Position numbers and translations under genes: made by a program. The notes below the pieces were generated by a model, which did no database searches, had not been told where the DNA came from, and saw only the letters and a list, made by a program, of their open reading frames with translations. Shown here one piece after another: positions 39,711 to 48,712 of a DNA stretch of 64,000 bases; positions within the stretch are counted from its first letter, which is position 1, and each line of letters begins with the position of its first letter. The stretch is from a virus. The stretch lies in the IMG/VR virus record IMGVR_UViG_2802429014_000001; one strand, written 5' to 3'.

Positions 39711-40166
39711 TCACCGCGACCGCCTCGAATTCTGTAGATGGACGCGAAAGAAGTTGGCCGACTGCAACTCAAGGGCAACGCTGTTGCCGCCCTGAATCTC
39801 GATTCCCCCGTCACGGATGGCGACGCCGATCTGATCGAACGCGCTGCCACTTCCTGAAGGGGAGAAGTAGACGGTCTGGTATCCGTCCTTGTCGTCAATG
39901 TAGATCGGATTGGTGTAGTCGCCGTACCAGATTCGCGACTTGGTGATCGTGGCCAGGTGGGCGTTGAGCTTGTCTTCGGCGGCGACGCGGCCTATCCGAG
40001 CCTTCGCCAATTGCTCACGTGCCCAGGCGGGTAGCTTCGCCTCGCGAGGATCGATGTCACTCACAATCAGCTGCCTTTCTTGATGAATCGACCATTCGGA
40101 CCACGGTCGGGAGTAATGATGAAGTGGTCCCATTTCTGGAATGCGGCAATCGTTTCGCCGCCCCAT
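39711..40166 (-). CDS. hypothetical protein (start uncertain)
   Basis: ORF in the early block. Confidence 0.25.
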   Translation of the reverse strand: MGRRNDCRIPEMGPLHHYSRPWSEWSIHQERQLIVSDIDPREAKLPAWAREQLAKARIGRVAAEDKLNAHLATITKSRIWYGDYTNPIYIDDKDGYQTVYFSPSGSGSAFDQIGVAIRDGGIEIQGGNSVALELQSANFFRVHLQNSRRSR

Positions 40167-40300
40167 GACGAGGTTGTGAGAATGAGTCGACCGTCTACGT
40201 CGATCTGATATCCGTTGGCGCGCGGTACTTCAATGTCCTCGGTGGTCTGCGTGGGCAGGATGCCGCTGACGCTGACGATGGCCCGCACCACGGCGCTCAT
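40067..40300 (-). CDS. hypothetical protein
   Basis: Start at MSAVV, which lies inside the 24-bp junction repeat. Confidence 0.3.
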   Translation of the reverse strand: MSAVVRAIVSVSGILPTQTTEDIEVPRANGYQIDVDGRLILTTSSWGGETIAAFQKWDHFIITPDRGPNGRFIKKGS

Positions 40301-40315
40301 GCGTGGGCCTCGGCC
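40292..40315. repeat. 24-bp exact direct repeat, copy 1 (GGCGCTCATGCGTGGGCCTCGGCC)
   Basis: Spans the stop/start overlap of two consecutive minus-strand genes. Confidence 0.6.
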
Positions 40316-40680
40316 AGCTCGATGGCACGGGCGAACCACTGGCGGGCGCGGTCGAGAGTCTTGACGCTGTTGTCGTTGTAGCGAAAGATTGCCCAGGCGA
40401 TGCCCCTGGCATCTGTCGCTTGACTAAGCGCAAAGTTGCTCTGGCGAGCTTGGATAAGCCTGCGAGCTGCCGGAAGAGTCTCGGCAGCAATCCATGTGAA
40501 TTGGTCGGTGTACTCCGGAGCCTTCGTCAGGTCCAACTTGGCGGTGTACGCCAGCGCGCCGAGGGCGCAGGCGGCGCACTCATCGCCCGGCTCTATGTAG
40601 CCGGTGCTTCCGGTGCGGAAGCCATTGCGCTCGATGTAATCCCACGCCGCCCGAAGCTGCTCGGCGTCTGCGGCGCTCAT
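40297..40680 (-). CDS. hypothetical protein
   Basis: Starts with MSA and ends with EAHA, both inside the repeated junction sequence. Confidence 0.35.
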   Translation of the reverse strand: MSAADAEQLRAAWDYIERNGFRTGSTGYIEPGDECAACALGALAYTAKLDLTKAPEYTDQFTWIAAETLPAARRLIQARQSNFALSQATDARGIAWAIFRYNDNSVKTLDRARQWFARAIELAEAHA

Positions 40681-40695
40681 GCGTGGGCCTCGGCC
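40672..40695. repeat. 24-bp exact direct repeat, copy 2
   Basis: Identical 24-mer 380 bp away at the next gene junction. Confidence 0.6.
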
Positions 40696-41024
40696 GGGAT
40701 GACGATCTGTGCGGTCACAATCAAGCGAGTGCCAGCCGGAAAGTCATTTGCCCATGCTTTGAAGCCGGGCCCGGTCAGAAGGCCAGTGTTGCCCCAGAAG
40801 CGGCCATATGTGCGTGCTTCGGATGTGACTTCGTAGGCGATGCGGGGATTGCCCGCCGAAAGCACCTGTTCGGGCTTATCGTGACGAATGCACCTCCACT
40901 GAGTACCCGATTCCCGGCGCATCGCTTCTGCCCAGTCGCGTCGGTACTGGTAGTTGGTTATAGATACCTCGCGGCAACCGCTCTCGGCGCAAGTTCGCAT
41001 TCGGTCGTACCCACGTCTGCTCAT
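40677..41024 (-). CDS. hypothetical Cys-containing protein
   Basis: Ends with EAHA followed by the repeated junction. Confidence 0.35.
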   Translation of the reverse strand: MSRRGYDRMRTCAESGCREVSITNYQYRRDWAEAMRRESGTQWRCIRHDKPEQVLSAGNPRIAYEVTSEARTYGRFWGNTGLLTGPGFKAWANDFPAGTRLIVTAQIVIPAEAHA

Positions 41025-41458
41025 TCCGGTTCCTTAATGTCGAATAGTGCTGCGCCGCCGTTGATTCGGTCGGCGTCGTGATGCTGTTTGCAGAGCTGGC
41101 ACAGCATGCGGATGTTGGTCAGCGACAGATTGGTGTCGTCGCCGTCAAGCGGCACCGCGACCAGGACGACCTTGCCGATGCCGCCGCCCATGTCTTCGCC
41201 TTCGCCCCACTGGCAGGTGCGCGACGCGAAGTGCAGATGGCCGCATTCGCCCCTGCACTCGCAGTGGTTCTTCGCGCGGCGCTTCGCCTCGGCTACGGCG
41301 TCCCGGCGGGCCGCGCGCTGCTCCAGCTGCGCTGCCCGGCCCTGCGCCATTGCCCTGGTGGGGTAGGAGGCTTTCTCGGCGAAGTCCCCATTGCCGAAGC
41401 GCTTCACAACGCGGAAGCGCCCGTTGAAGACCTCGCGCACGCCGTACCGGGCGCTCAT
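41021..41458 (-). CDS. HNH-like endonuclease
   Basis: CECRGECGHLH...NIRMLCQLCKQHHD. Confidence 0.4.
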   Translation of the reverse strand: MSARYGVREVFNGRFRVVKRFGNGDFAEKASYPTRAMAQGRAAQLEQRAARRDAVAEAKRRAKNHCECRGECGHLHFASRTCQWGEGEDMGGGIGKVVLVAVPLDGDDTNLSLTNIRMLCQLCKQHHDADRINGGAALFDIKEPE

Positions 41459-41700
41459 GACCCGCCGCCGCCTGCCTCATAGAGGCGGCCCATGACCTGC
41501 AATGTGCGGTAGGCCTGTTCGAAGTCGACCACCTTGATTGGCTCCAGGTCCTCGGCAATGCCCGTCACGTCAACAACCCACTGCGGGGTCGGCTCGCCGC
41601 CGTACATCTCGGGGTAGGCTGTCGCCAATGGGTCCTCCAGCCCAACGACACGTACATCGAAGGTGTCACCGTTCTGGTCAATCAGGTAGCTCATAGCCAC
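41455..41700 (-). CDS. hypothetical protein
   Basis: Coupled ORF. Confidence 0.25.
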   Translation of the reverse strand: MAMSYLIDQNGDTFDVRVVGLEDPLATAYPEMYGGEPTPQWVVDVTGIAEDLEPIKVVDFEQAYRTLQVMGRLYEAGGGGS

Positions 41701-41872
41701 CCCGCTTCAACCGCGACGATGCCGACGATGAACAGGGTCACGATGATCATCAGCGCGTGAGCCCAGGCGTCAGAGGGCGTCGGCATCTGCCCTTGCCGGC
41801 ATTTTTGGCAGACCTCGCCGCCCATGGGGCGCATGACAACCCGGCCGCACCCGCCGCAGACAGTGGCGGTGT

Positions 41873-42274
41873 TCATGACAGCGCACCTACCATCGCGTTG
41901 GCCATCTGGACCGCTGCGGCCCACGGCTTTCCTTCGTCCTGGTACGCCTGCACCGCCCGGCACCATCCGCGCTGCTTATGGGTGGCCGTGATGCGTAGGT
42001 GGGACATCGCCGTATCGAGGGCGATGCCCTCGGCCTGGATTAGAAGCCCCAGCGGCACGCCGAGATTGGCGAGGGCTCGACCTCCAATGCAGCACGGGCG
42101 ATCATCCTTGCCGACGTACTTACATTCGGCTGTCTGGTCGGGGAACCGCTGCGCAAGCCTGCGAATCTCGGCGACCACCTCGGCTCCCGTGAATTCGAAC
42201 GTCGGAAGCTCGTCGCGCTCAACTGATTCGCGCGGCAAGACCTTGAGTGGGGAGACAGCACCGCTGTAGCTCAT
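41873..42274 (-). CDS. hypothetical protein
   Basis: Coupled ORF. Confidence 0.25.
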   Translation of the reverse strand: MSYSGAVSPLKVLPRESVERDELPTFEFTGAEVVAEIRRLAQRFPDQTAECKYVGKDDRPCCIGGRALANLGVPLGLLIQAEGIALDTAMSHLRITATHKQRGWCRAVQAYQDEGKPWAAAVQMANAMVGALS

Positions 42275-42546
42275 GACTGCACCGCCGTCCGTAGGTCGAG
42301 GTATAGCGCGCCGATTTGGCGTAGAGCGTCGGTTGCTTCGCGACGGTCGTCCAGGATGAAACGGGGCAGGTTCCGAGCTGTCGGCGTCTTGATGTCAATC
42401 GCCCAGTCATCGCCTCGTCTGAATGCCTCGGCGATCATCTGGCCAGCGGCGCGAAGCTCCAGCCGATCAACACCCAAGCTGACCACCTGCACATAGTTGA
42501 CGGTGGCGGGAAGCTCGCCGACTGTGTGAATGACGTTGATACTCAC
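42271..42546 (-). CDS. small protein, paralog of 42543..42833
   Basis: GTG start preceded by AGGGGAA. N-terminus VSINVIHTVGEL...RLELRAAGQ parallels MSTNVIRAIGEL...RIELRAGNQ. Confidence 0.35.
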   Translation of the reverse strand: MSINVIHTVGELPATVNYVQVVSLGVDRLELRAAGQMIAEAFRRGDDWAIDIKTPTARNLPRFILDDRREATDALRQIGALYLDLRTAVQS

Positions 42547-42833
42547 TTGATTTCCCCTGTCTTGGCTGCCACGTAGATGTGCCCGAACTGCGTCAGGGCG
42601 TCGATAACTTCGGACTTGTTGATGACGAGGAAGGCCGGAAAGGGCGGGACGCCGGGAATGTTGGGGTCGACCACCCACGACGGGCCGCCCCTGAATAGGG
42701 TGGCAACACCGATGATTTGGTTCCCGGCACGCAGCTCGATCCGGCTAGCGTGCACCTCTACGACCTGCACCGCGATCGGCTCGGGTGGTGGCGGCGTGAG
42801 TTCGCCGATGGCGCGAATGACGTTTGTGCTCAT
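42543..42833 (-). CDS. small protein, paralog
   Basis: See its partner 42271..42546. Confidence 0.35.
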   Translation of the reverse strand: MSTNVIRAIGELTPPPPEPIAVQVVEVHASRIELRAGNQIIGVATLFRGGPSWVVDPNIPGVPPFPAFLVINKSEVIDALTQFGHIYVAAKTGEIK

Positions 42834-43129
42834 CGCTTCACCTCCACGGTGAGGCTTTCCAGCGCCTTGGCGATCTGCTCGTCGGCGATGGCACGGGCCC
42901 GCTCTGCGGTGACGGGCGCGCCCTCGGCCAGGCCTGCGTCGTATCCGGCGGCGTACGCCTCTGCGACGGCACGCGCGCCATCCAAGGCCTCGGGGCGGTC
43001 TTCCGCATCGAAGTACGGGCCGCGCGTTTTCGGTTCAACGCGTCGGCCGTCGACTGTGGCGATGATCTTGTCGTTGACCTTGAAGACCTGCGCGCCGCCT
43101 TCGTGGGACTGTGTGTATTGAGTGCTCAT
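42830..43129 (-). CDS. hypothetical protein
   Basis: Start placed at MSTQYTQ. Confidence 0.3.
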   Translation of the reverse strand: MSTQYTQSHEGGAQVFKVNDKIIATVDGRRVEPKTRGPYFDAEDRPEALDGARAVAEAYAAGYDAGLAEGAPVTAERARAIADEQIAKALESLTVEVKR

Positions 43130-43480
43130 TGGTTTTCGTGCCTTTCCTTGGTGTTGGTGATGACGACGACGGCGCCGGATTGGACTTGCTGCCAAGCCCA
43201 TTGCGCCGCCGAGACTGTGTTGGCGGTGTCGATGCGTTTCCCGCCGTCCGTGTGACCGCTGATCACGAGCGCGCCCACGGTCGGGGCCTCGTGACTTGCT
43301 CTTGGCGAATTTCAGCGATGAGCTGATTCAGGTCGGATGCAATCTCTTCGGCGGCGCCAACCTCCAGCAGGATGCTTACCGAATGGTCCTGGGTCTCAAT
43401 GGAAATGTTGTATCCGCTGCGCTCGACCCGAAGCCACGAACTGCCGCTTTGCCCAGTCGACACGTGGGCTGGTACGGCGC

Positions 43481-43936
43481 TCATGCGGGCACCCGAATCA
43501 AGGTGTCGGCCGCGTACAGGCGGAATCCATCGACAACGCGCTTCGCCGCATCGGGATGTTTGGCACCAGCAGCGATCCTGACAAGCCCCTTGTCCGGGTC
43601 GATGACCACAACGCGATAGACCTTGCCGCCCTTGCGGATGCGGACCATGTGGCCCTTGCGGAGGGGGCGACGCTGCGCCGACATCTTGCCGCCCTGACGA
43701 CTCGCGCATGGCGCGCACTGTGGCCGGATGTTGCCTCGCCGGTACGTGCCACCGTCAACGCCCGCGACCGGATGCCGGTCCACGGTGATGGTGTCGAAGT
43801 CCAAAACGGTCGGGCAGGTCGAGCACCGGCATGTAGTGCCATCGCCGAACGTGTCGAGCAGCCATTGACGGCGACGCCGCCGACCTTCGGCCGAGCCACG
43901 ATCATTGCGGTTCGTGGTACCGCGCCGGACGGTCAT
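43481..43936 (-). CDS. HNH endonuclease (with C-terminal extension, or two fused small ORFs)
   Basis: RRRRQWLLDTFGDGTTCRCSTCPTVLDFDTITVDRHPVAGVDGGTYRRGNIRPQCAPCASRQGG. Confidence 0.5.
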   Translation of the reverse strand: MTVRRGTTNRNDRGSAEGRRRRRQWLLDTFGDGTTCRCSTCPTVLDFDTITVDRHPVAGVDGGTYRRGNIRPQCAPCASRQGGKMSAQRRPLRKGHMVRIRKGGKVYRVVVIDPDKGLVRIAAGAKHPDAAKRVVDGFRLYAADTLIRVPA

Positions 43937-44199
43937 GATGCCACCGCCTTGAGTCCGGCGATGTAGGTGCGGGCGATGACGGTCAGTGCCAGGCGCGCTG
44001 ACTCGGCGTTAAGGGTCAAGAATCCGTCCATGCTGTCGAATGACGAGTGAACGTAGAAGCGACCGTCACCCCGATTCTTGCCAAGGCTTAGCCAGGCCGA
44101 CGCCACCCACACGTCGTTGACGTAGGTGTTGATATCGCCGTCAGTGCTAGTGGGTCGGCGGTGCTCAATGATGAAGGGGGGAGTGTTGATGGTGCTCAT
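43933..44199 (-). CDS. hypothetical protein
   Basis: Coupled ORF. Confidence 0.3.
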   Translation of the reverse strand: MSTINTPPFIIEHRRPTSTDGDINTYVNDVWVASAWLSLGKNRGDGRFYVHSSFDSMDGFLTLNAESARLALTVIARTYIAGLKAVAS

Positions 44200-45413
44200 T
44201 CAGGTGCCCCTTTCTGGGCGTGGAGTTCGGCGCTGACGCGCCAGAGGTCTTTGAGGACGGTTTTCGCGATGGCGCGCAAAGCCCTTGCGTGCTGATGTCC
44301 CAGCGATAGAGGCGACCCGGCCAATGCGGGCTTGCCCGATGGGCCACACCGGATGCACTCGGCGGCATGAACCGCGTCGGTGTACTTGATGCGGGTGTCG
44401 TCGTACACCTGGCGATACCGGGTACCGGCAGGCTGTTTGACGCACGACGCTGCGATCAGCCAGGCGCGCTTGCGGGCGTCCTCATTCCAGTTGGAACGTT
44501 GTCCGCGTTGGCGTCTGGGGGCCACCCCGGCAGCGGCGGCTGGTGGGGTGTCGCAGCTGGTGTGGCTGCCGGGGTGGAGAACATGAAGCCCGCAGTACGC
44601 CCACAGCTCAGACACAGTGCGGGGTCGACCGTGCAAGTCATTCCAAAACGGGTCGCGCACCACAGCTAGCAGGCGGGCAGCTTGCTTCTCGCCGACGCCG
44701 GGTGCGTCTTTAACCCACTGCCCCAAAGGGTGTTTGCGCATCGCCCGCTGTAGGTTGAGGATGGCGCGGTGCTCGGCAGCTTTCAGGTCATCGACCAGCG
44801 CCGCCAGCCGAGCCATGTCCGGGTGATCGAGCGTTAACCCGAAACCTCGTGCTACACCGTCCGAGTCGACAACGTCGGCGGGCGTGGTGAGCGCTCGTAG
44901 CCGGTTCTCATTGGCGATGCGTACACGTTCCAGGTCGTCGAGAACATCGGCAGCCATGCCCAGTAGCGGGTCAGCGAGGATGGGTCCGAGGGGGGCGCAT
45001 GAGCAATGGGGGTCGACGTTTTTCTGACCCCCCTCGGAGGTTTGATCACCGACAGCGCCCTGAACTTGGGTATCGAACTTCATTTGGCTGCCGGTGGAGT
45101 TTGATCCAGCCAGGGGGACGGCAGGGTGGGTATCGTTAGCACCATGACCCTGGCTGGAAGTTAGATCACCGACAGCGTTTGCGGCATGGGCGTCGCCCAC
45201 TCTTTGGCTGCCGGTGAAGTTTGGTCCAGCCAGGGCGCCTGTGACTTGGGTGGCGTTTCCGCAATGGCCCTGGCTAGAAGTTGGATCACCGACAACGACG
45301 ATCTTCTGGGTGTCGCTGGACAAATGGCTGTCGGTGAAGTTTGGCGCCCCCGGCGGAGCGTGAATGGGTTCCGTACCAGAGCTGGCCGGGGGCAAGTCGA
45401 TGATGGCGGTCAC
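44196..45413 (-). CDS. repeat-containing protein with an IS110-type transposase C-terminal (Transposase_20/HHH)-like region
   Basis: N-terminus has three ~40-aa tandem repeats (GDxTSSQGHxxN.T...AG.N.TGSQ). C-terminus reads KDAPGVGEKQAARLLAVVRDPFWNDLHGRPRTVSELWAYCGLHV, resembling the IS110 helix-hairpin-helix domain. No DEDD N-terminal domain. Confidence 0.35.
   Translation of the reverse strand: MTAIIDLPPASSGTEPIHAPPGAPNFTDSHLSSDTQKIVVVGDPTSSQGHCGNATQVTGALAGPNFTGSQRVGDAHAANAVGDLTSSQGHGANDTHPAVPLAGSNSTGSQMKFDTQVQGAVGDQTSEGGQKNVDPHCSCAPLGPILADPLLGMAADVLDDLERVRIANENRLRALTTPADVVDSDGVARGFGLTLDHPDMARLAALVDDLKAAEHRAILNLQRAMRKHPLGQWVKDAPGVGEKQAARLLAVVRDPFWNDLHGRPRTVSELWAYCGLHVLHPGSHTSCDTPPAAAAGVAPRRQRGQRSNWNEDARKRAWLIAASCVKQPAGTRYRQVYDDTRIKYTDAVHAAECIRCGPSGKPALAGSPLSLGHQHARALRAIAKTVLKDLWRVSAELHAQKGAPE
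45040..45400. repeat. three tandem copies of a 120-bp coding repeat
   Basis: ggctgccggtgRagtttgRtccagccaggg recurs with starts at 45086 and 45206, and a third, more diverged copy at 45326. Confidence 0.6.
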
Positions 45414-45895
45414 TGGACCGCTCCAGAGGGAAGATCGGACACCTTCGCGGCGCCATGCTCAATGACAGCGGCAAGCAACCGTTCATAGCGTGCGACCTGC
45501 CCCTGAATGCGCTCAATCTCAGCACTGCGCTCGCTGATGCAGAAAAGGAGGTCGTCAGCTGTGCAGTCGCCCAACAGTTTCCAGTGCGATCCGCCGACGT
45601 GGACGCGGGCGGCAAGCATTTCGGCCCACCAGTCGCGGACCGCCGACACCTTCGGCGACACCCGAGGGGCACTGGCAACCGCCTGGGCAAGGGCAGTGTT
45701 TCGCTGCTCCCGCAGCAGGTCACGCACCACCGGCACCAAGGCTTCGGTGTAGAACGCCGACACCTGCTCGTCGGTGGTCAGCTTCTCAACACGTGATGCG
45801 ATTTCACGGGGATCGGCGCACGGCATATCCGTGGCGACCTCGCGGATTAGTCCCCGCAAGGTGGGCGGTTCTGGTAGTTGGGTAGCGTCAGGCAT
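45410..45895 (-). CDS. hypothetical protein
   Basis: First gene after the HTH pair. Confidence 0.3.
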   Translation of the reverse strand: MPDATQLPEPPTLRGLIREVATDMPCADPREIASRVEKLTTDEQVSAFYTEALVPVVRDLLREQRNTALAQAVASAPRVSPKVSAVRDWWAEMLAARVHVGGSHWKLLGDCTADDLLFCISERSAEIERIQGQVARYERLLAAVIEHGAAKVSDLPSGAVQ

Positions 45896-45935
45896 GCCGA
45901 AGGCCTTCCTTGAGGTGGGAATTCGGTTCTCGATG

Positions 45936-45978
45936 GCGCTGACGGCGGGGGACTTTGGCGAGTAGACCGCCGTCAGCG
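45936..45978 (-). terminator. 12-bp perfect inverted repeat hairpin (CGCTGACGGCGG..18 nt..CCGCCGTCAGCG)
   Basis: Intergenic between two minus-strand genes. No T-tract. Confidence 0.25.
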
Positions 45979-46008
45979 TTGGGGGTTATTCAGTTGTGGG
46001 AGTTGGGA

Positions 46009-46362
46009 TTATGAAGCTGCCAGGCGCCGCTTCCGGCGCTCGGCCCATGCGCGTAGCTCGGTGGCATCCCACCGGAGCCGACTGCCGACCCGAGTAGGCG
46101 CAGGAAGGTCATAGAGTCCGCGACGGCTCCAGTCGCGCAATGTCTGCGGGTGGATGTCCAAGATCGTGGCGGCGACCTTGGACGTGACCAGGACGGGCGT
46201 TTGCGCCTCGCGCTGGATGCGGAGCAGGGCGCGGAGCGTTTCGTGGGCGGAGAGAGGAGTGAGACCGGTGTCGGCGATAGTTGTTGCAATGCGGGCCATT
46301 TCGACCGGCGAGCTATCGGCGGTCATGCCCGCCTGGGCGGCGAGTTCCTGAAGGTTCATCAC
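46009..46362 (-). CDS. excisionase/AlpA-like HTH DNA-binding protein
   Basis: ATILDIHPQTLRDWSRRGLYDLP...RWDATELRAW. Confidence 0.4.
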   Translation of the reverse strand: MMNLQELAAQAGMTADSSPVEMARIATTIADTGLTPLSAHETLRALLRIQREAQTPVLVTSKVAATILDIHPQTLRDWSRRGLYDLPAPTRVGSRLRWDATELRAWAERRKRRLAAS

Positions 46363-46643
46363 GCGATGCCCCGTACGCTGGCCAGTCGGGGGCGATAAGT
46401 CGTCGTGATGGTGCCAGGCTCCAGGCCGTAGGCGACCTCAATGCCTGCAAGCAACTCCTTGGATGCGCCCCTGAGCCCGCCCTCAATCGCCGAGAGGGCA
46501 CCGACCGTGTAGCGAATGCCGGTCGCGTCTTCTATTAGATCCGCAAGGCCAGTCAGGGTAAGCCCGGCTAGGTGGCGGAGGGCGCGAATGGGAACGTGGG
46601 GCGGCGTGAGCTGCGCCCGCTGGTGGGTCGGTCTCGGTGGCAT
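46359..46643 (-). CDS. Cro-like HTH regulator (early-side partner of the divergent switch)
   Basis: IRALRHLAGLTLTGLADLI reads as an HTH. Divergent from the 46799 gene. Confidence 0.45.
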   Translation of the reverse strand: MPPRPTHQRAQLTPPHVPIRALRHLAGLTLTGLADLIEDATGIRYTVGALSAIEGGLRGASKELLAGIEVAYGLEPGTITTTYRPRLASVRGIA

Positions 46644-46784
46644 GTCGATAACAGTACGGCTTAATTACGGCATGGTCAAGGCGTGATTAAGGAAAAGATT
46701 CGGCAATGCCTCGATTGGCTTTGACCTGCGCAAATTCCTCCCCGCAGTCATGAAGAGTTGTTATTGAGTTTGCCCAAAGTCTTT

Positions 46785-46798
46785 GCCATAGTTATGGC
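46785..46798. promoter_or_regulatory. 14-bp perfect palindrome GCCATAGTTATGGC (candidate operator)
   Basis: Lies immediately 5' of the start codon at 46799 in the divergent intergenic region. Confidence 0.4.
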
Positions 46799-47713
46799 AT
46801 GAGCGCTAACGCCGATACCGATGCCCTCGCCTCGGCGGTTCGGGCGCGTCGGGCTGGCCTGGGACTAACGCACGATGAAGTGCTTGCGCGCGGAGGCCCC
46901 TCCGGCGTGACGCTTACGAAGATTGAGATGGCGAGGGGGCCCGCACCAAGTGCGGCCACTTTGAAGAAGCTTGACTTGGCGCTCGATTGGGCGCAGGGCA
47001 GCGCTTTGGGTGTACTCAACGGCGGGGAACCCGTTCCGCTGGAGCATTCCGGTCCGCATGATGTCGCGGCTCCCTCGGCTGGCGAGCCCGGTTCAGGCGC
47101 TGAGCATTTGACTGCTATGAGTTCAGTTCTTGCGCAAATGGTCGCTGTGACGGCCGATCTGCTAACCGGCGCGAGCTTGCCGCCAAAGGTGCGCGCGCAG
47201 GTTGAGCGGGCTATCGCCGACTTCGATAAGGCGAACGAACTCCTTGGTCCAATGACGCATGTCCCCGAGGTTGCAGTCGCGTACATGAAAGAGGCCGACA
47301 AATTCGCACAGGTCGCAACCGAAGTGATCCGGTCAAGCTTCCCGCCCAATGTCACCAACCTTGCCGACCGCAGGCCGGTGCCACCGCCGCCAGACATTGA
47401 CGACCTCGATGTCGCCGCGTCCCGGCGCGAAAAGCTATCCGATGGCGAACGCGACGACGAGGACGGGCCGCATGAGTTGTCGCTGTCCGACAAAAAGTCT
47501 CGTCGCAAGATCAAGTACGAGTTCAACTCCAGTGCAGAGGCATACGAGTATGCCCGTGAGTTCCTGATCGCAGTAGGTGAAAAGCCGCACCTGGTTGACG
47601 CTGCCCTCGGCGATGCGGGCCGACACATTGCAGACACCAGCGCAAGGGGGTGGGCCGTCCGCATTCGAAAGGTCTCGGGCAGAGCCGCAGCTAGCCATGA
47701 CGACGACAAGTAG
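46799..47713 (+). CDS. XRE-family HTH repressor (cI position) with a long C-terminal domain
   Basis: The N-terminal region LRRARRAGLGLTHDEVLARGGPSGVTLTKIEMARG is HTH_3-like. 304 aa. Transcribed toward the integrase. Confidence 0.55.
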   Translation: MSANADTDALASAVRARRAGLGLTHDEVLARGGPSGVTLTKIEMARGPAPSAATLKKLDLALDWAQGSALGVLNGGEPVPLEHSGPHDVAAPSAGEPGSGAEHLTAMSSVLAQMVAVTADLLTGASLPPKVRAQVERAIADFDKANELLGPMTHVPEVAVAYMKEADKFAQVATEVIRSSFPPNVTNLADRRPVPPPPDIDDLDVAASRREKLSDGERDDEDGPHELSLSDKKSRRKIKYEFNSSAEAYEYAREFLIAVGEKPHLVDAALGDAGRHIADTSARGWAVRIRKVSGRAAASHDDDK

Positions 47714-47768
47714 ACGGACGACGTGACCAACTTTGGCGAAATAGTGCCGCCACTGACGCAAGTGGTGT

Positions 47769-48251
47769 GTGGTGGCCAATCCCAAGGGTAGGAAGCGTAG
47801 GCCAAGGCGCAGAGTGATTGCGGCCCAATATCTTCCAATCGGTAGAGAGCCCTACAACCCCTGCGAACTGCCCGAAGACCAGGTGCTAAAAGACAAGATA
47901 GTGAGCGTTCTCGGCGTCCCCATTGATGGGTACATGTTCGAACTCGTGTATAGGTACACCCTGTTTCAGGGCCTCTGCGTGGATTGGGCGATCATGATCT
48001 ATGCACTGAAAACGGCAGACGGATTAGACGCCGAACGCCTGCGGGTCGAGCGAATCGACATCTGCCACTCGGAGGTTCACAAGCACACATTCGGTCGGAG
48101 CAGCCCAGCCGATGATGACCTTGGCCACCGCACAGTGATCCAGTCGTTATCCGCAGGTGACGAGGCTATAGTGGATCGCGAGTACGATAAACAGCTGGCG
48201 CTAGTGAGCCGCGAATGGCAGTTGCGAGCAAGGAGGTGGCTCGATGGTTGA
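47769..48251 (+). CDS. hypothetical protein with Arg-rich N-terminus
   Basis: KGRKRRPRRR at the N-terminus. No recognised domain. Overlaps the next ORF. Confidence 0.35.
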   Translation: MVANPKGRKRRPRRRVIAAQYLPIGREPYNPCELPEDQVLKDKIVSVLGVPIDGYMFELVYRYTLFQGLCVDWAIMIYALKTADGLDAERLRVERIDICHSEVHKHTFGRSSPADDDLGHRTVIQSLSAGDEAIVDREYDKQLALVSREWQLRARRWLDG

Positions 48252-48651
48252 CGCGCACACCGTCGCGACGTTCGCTTTCGCCCAGCTGCGCCGCGACCCT
48301 GATTTCGCTAAACGGTTCCCTTGGCTGCGGAACACTGTGGTTTGCATCGAATCGGATCGGGTCTCGGTGGTTATGGACGGCCTGATGAGCCACCATTTTC
48401 CAGAGGGTGGCACAGTCGCCTGCTACTACCCACAGGGTCACCGCTTCATGTTCATTAAGTCCCTGCCCGCGCGGCAATCGATCGAACCGGGCACAGTGCC
48501 AGTTGTCGCCAATGATCCAAAGGGCGAACTCACCATGGGCATGATCATTGATGCCATGTACTCCAAGCACGTCGATTGGGACACCGAGGCCCTGCAAATT
48601 GGGGAGGCTTCGACCCTTGAGGTTGAAAAAAGACTCTCCCTCGCCAAATAA
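48244..48651 (+). CDS. hypothetical protein
   Basis: Translationally coupled to 47769..48251. Confidence 0.35.
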   Translation: MVDAHTVATFAFAQLRRDPDFAKRFPWLRNTVVCIESDRVSVVMDGLMSHHFPEGGTVACYYPQGHRFMFIKSLPARQSIEPGTVPVVANDPKGELTMGMIIDAMYSKHVDWDTEALQIGEASTLEVEKRLSLAK

Positions 48652-48712
48652 CAGGCATGTATTTCCTGGTCAGAAGTCCTTTTGTCGGTGGCCTGTTCTA
48701 GCGTCTCGGTCC

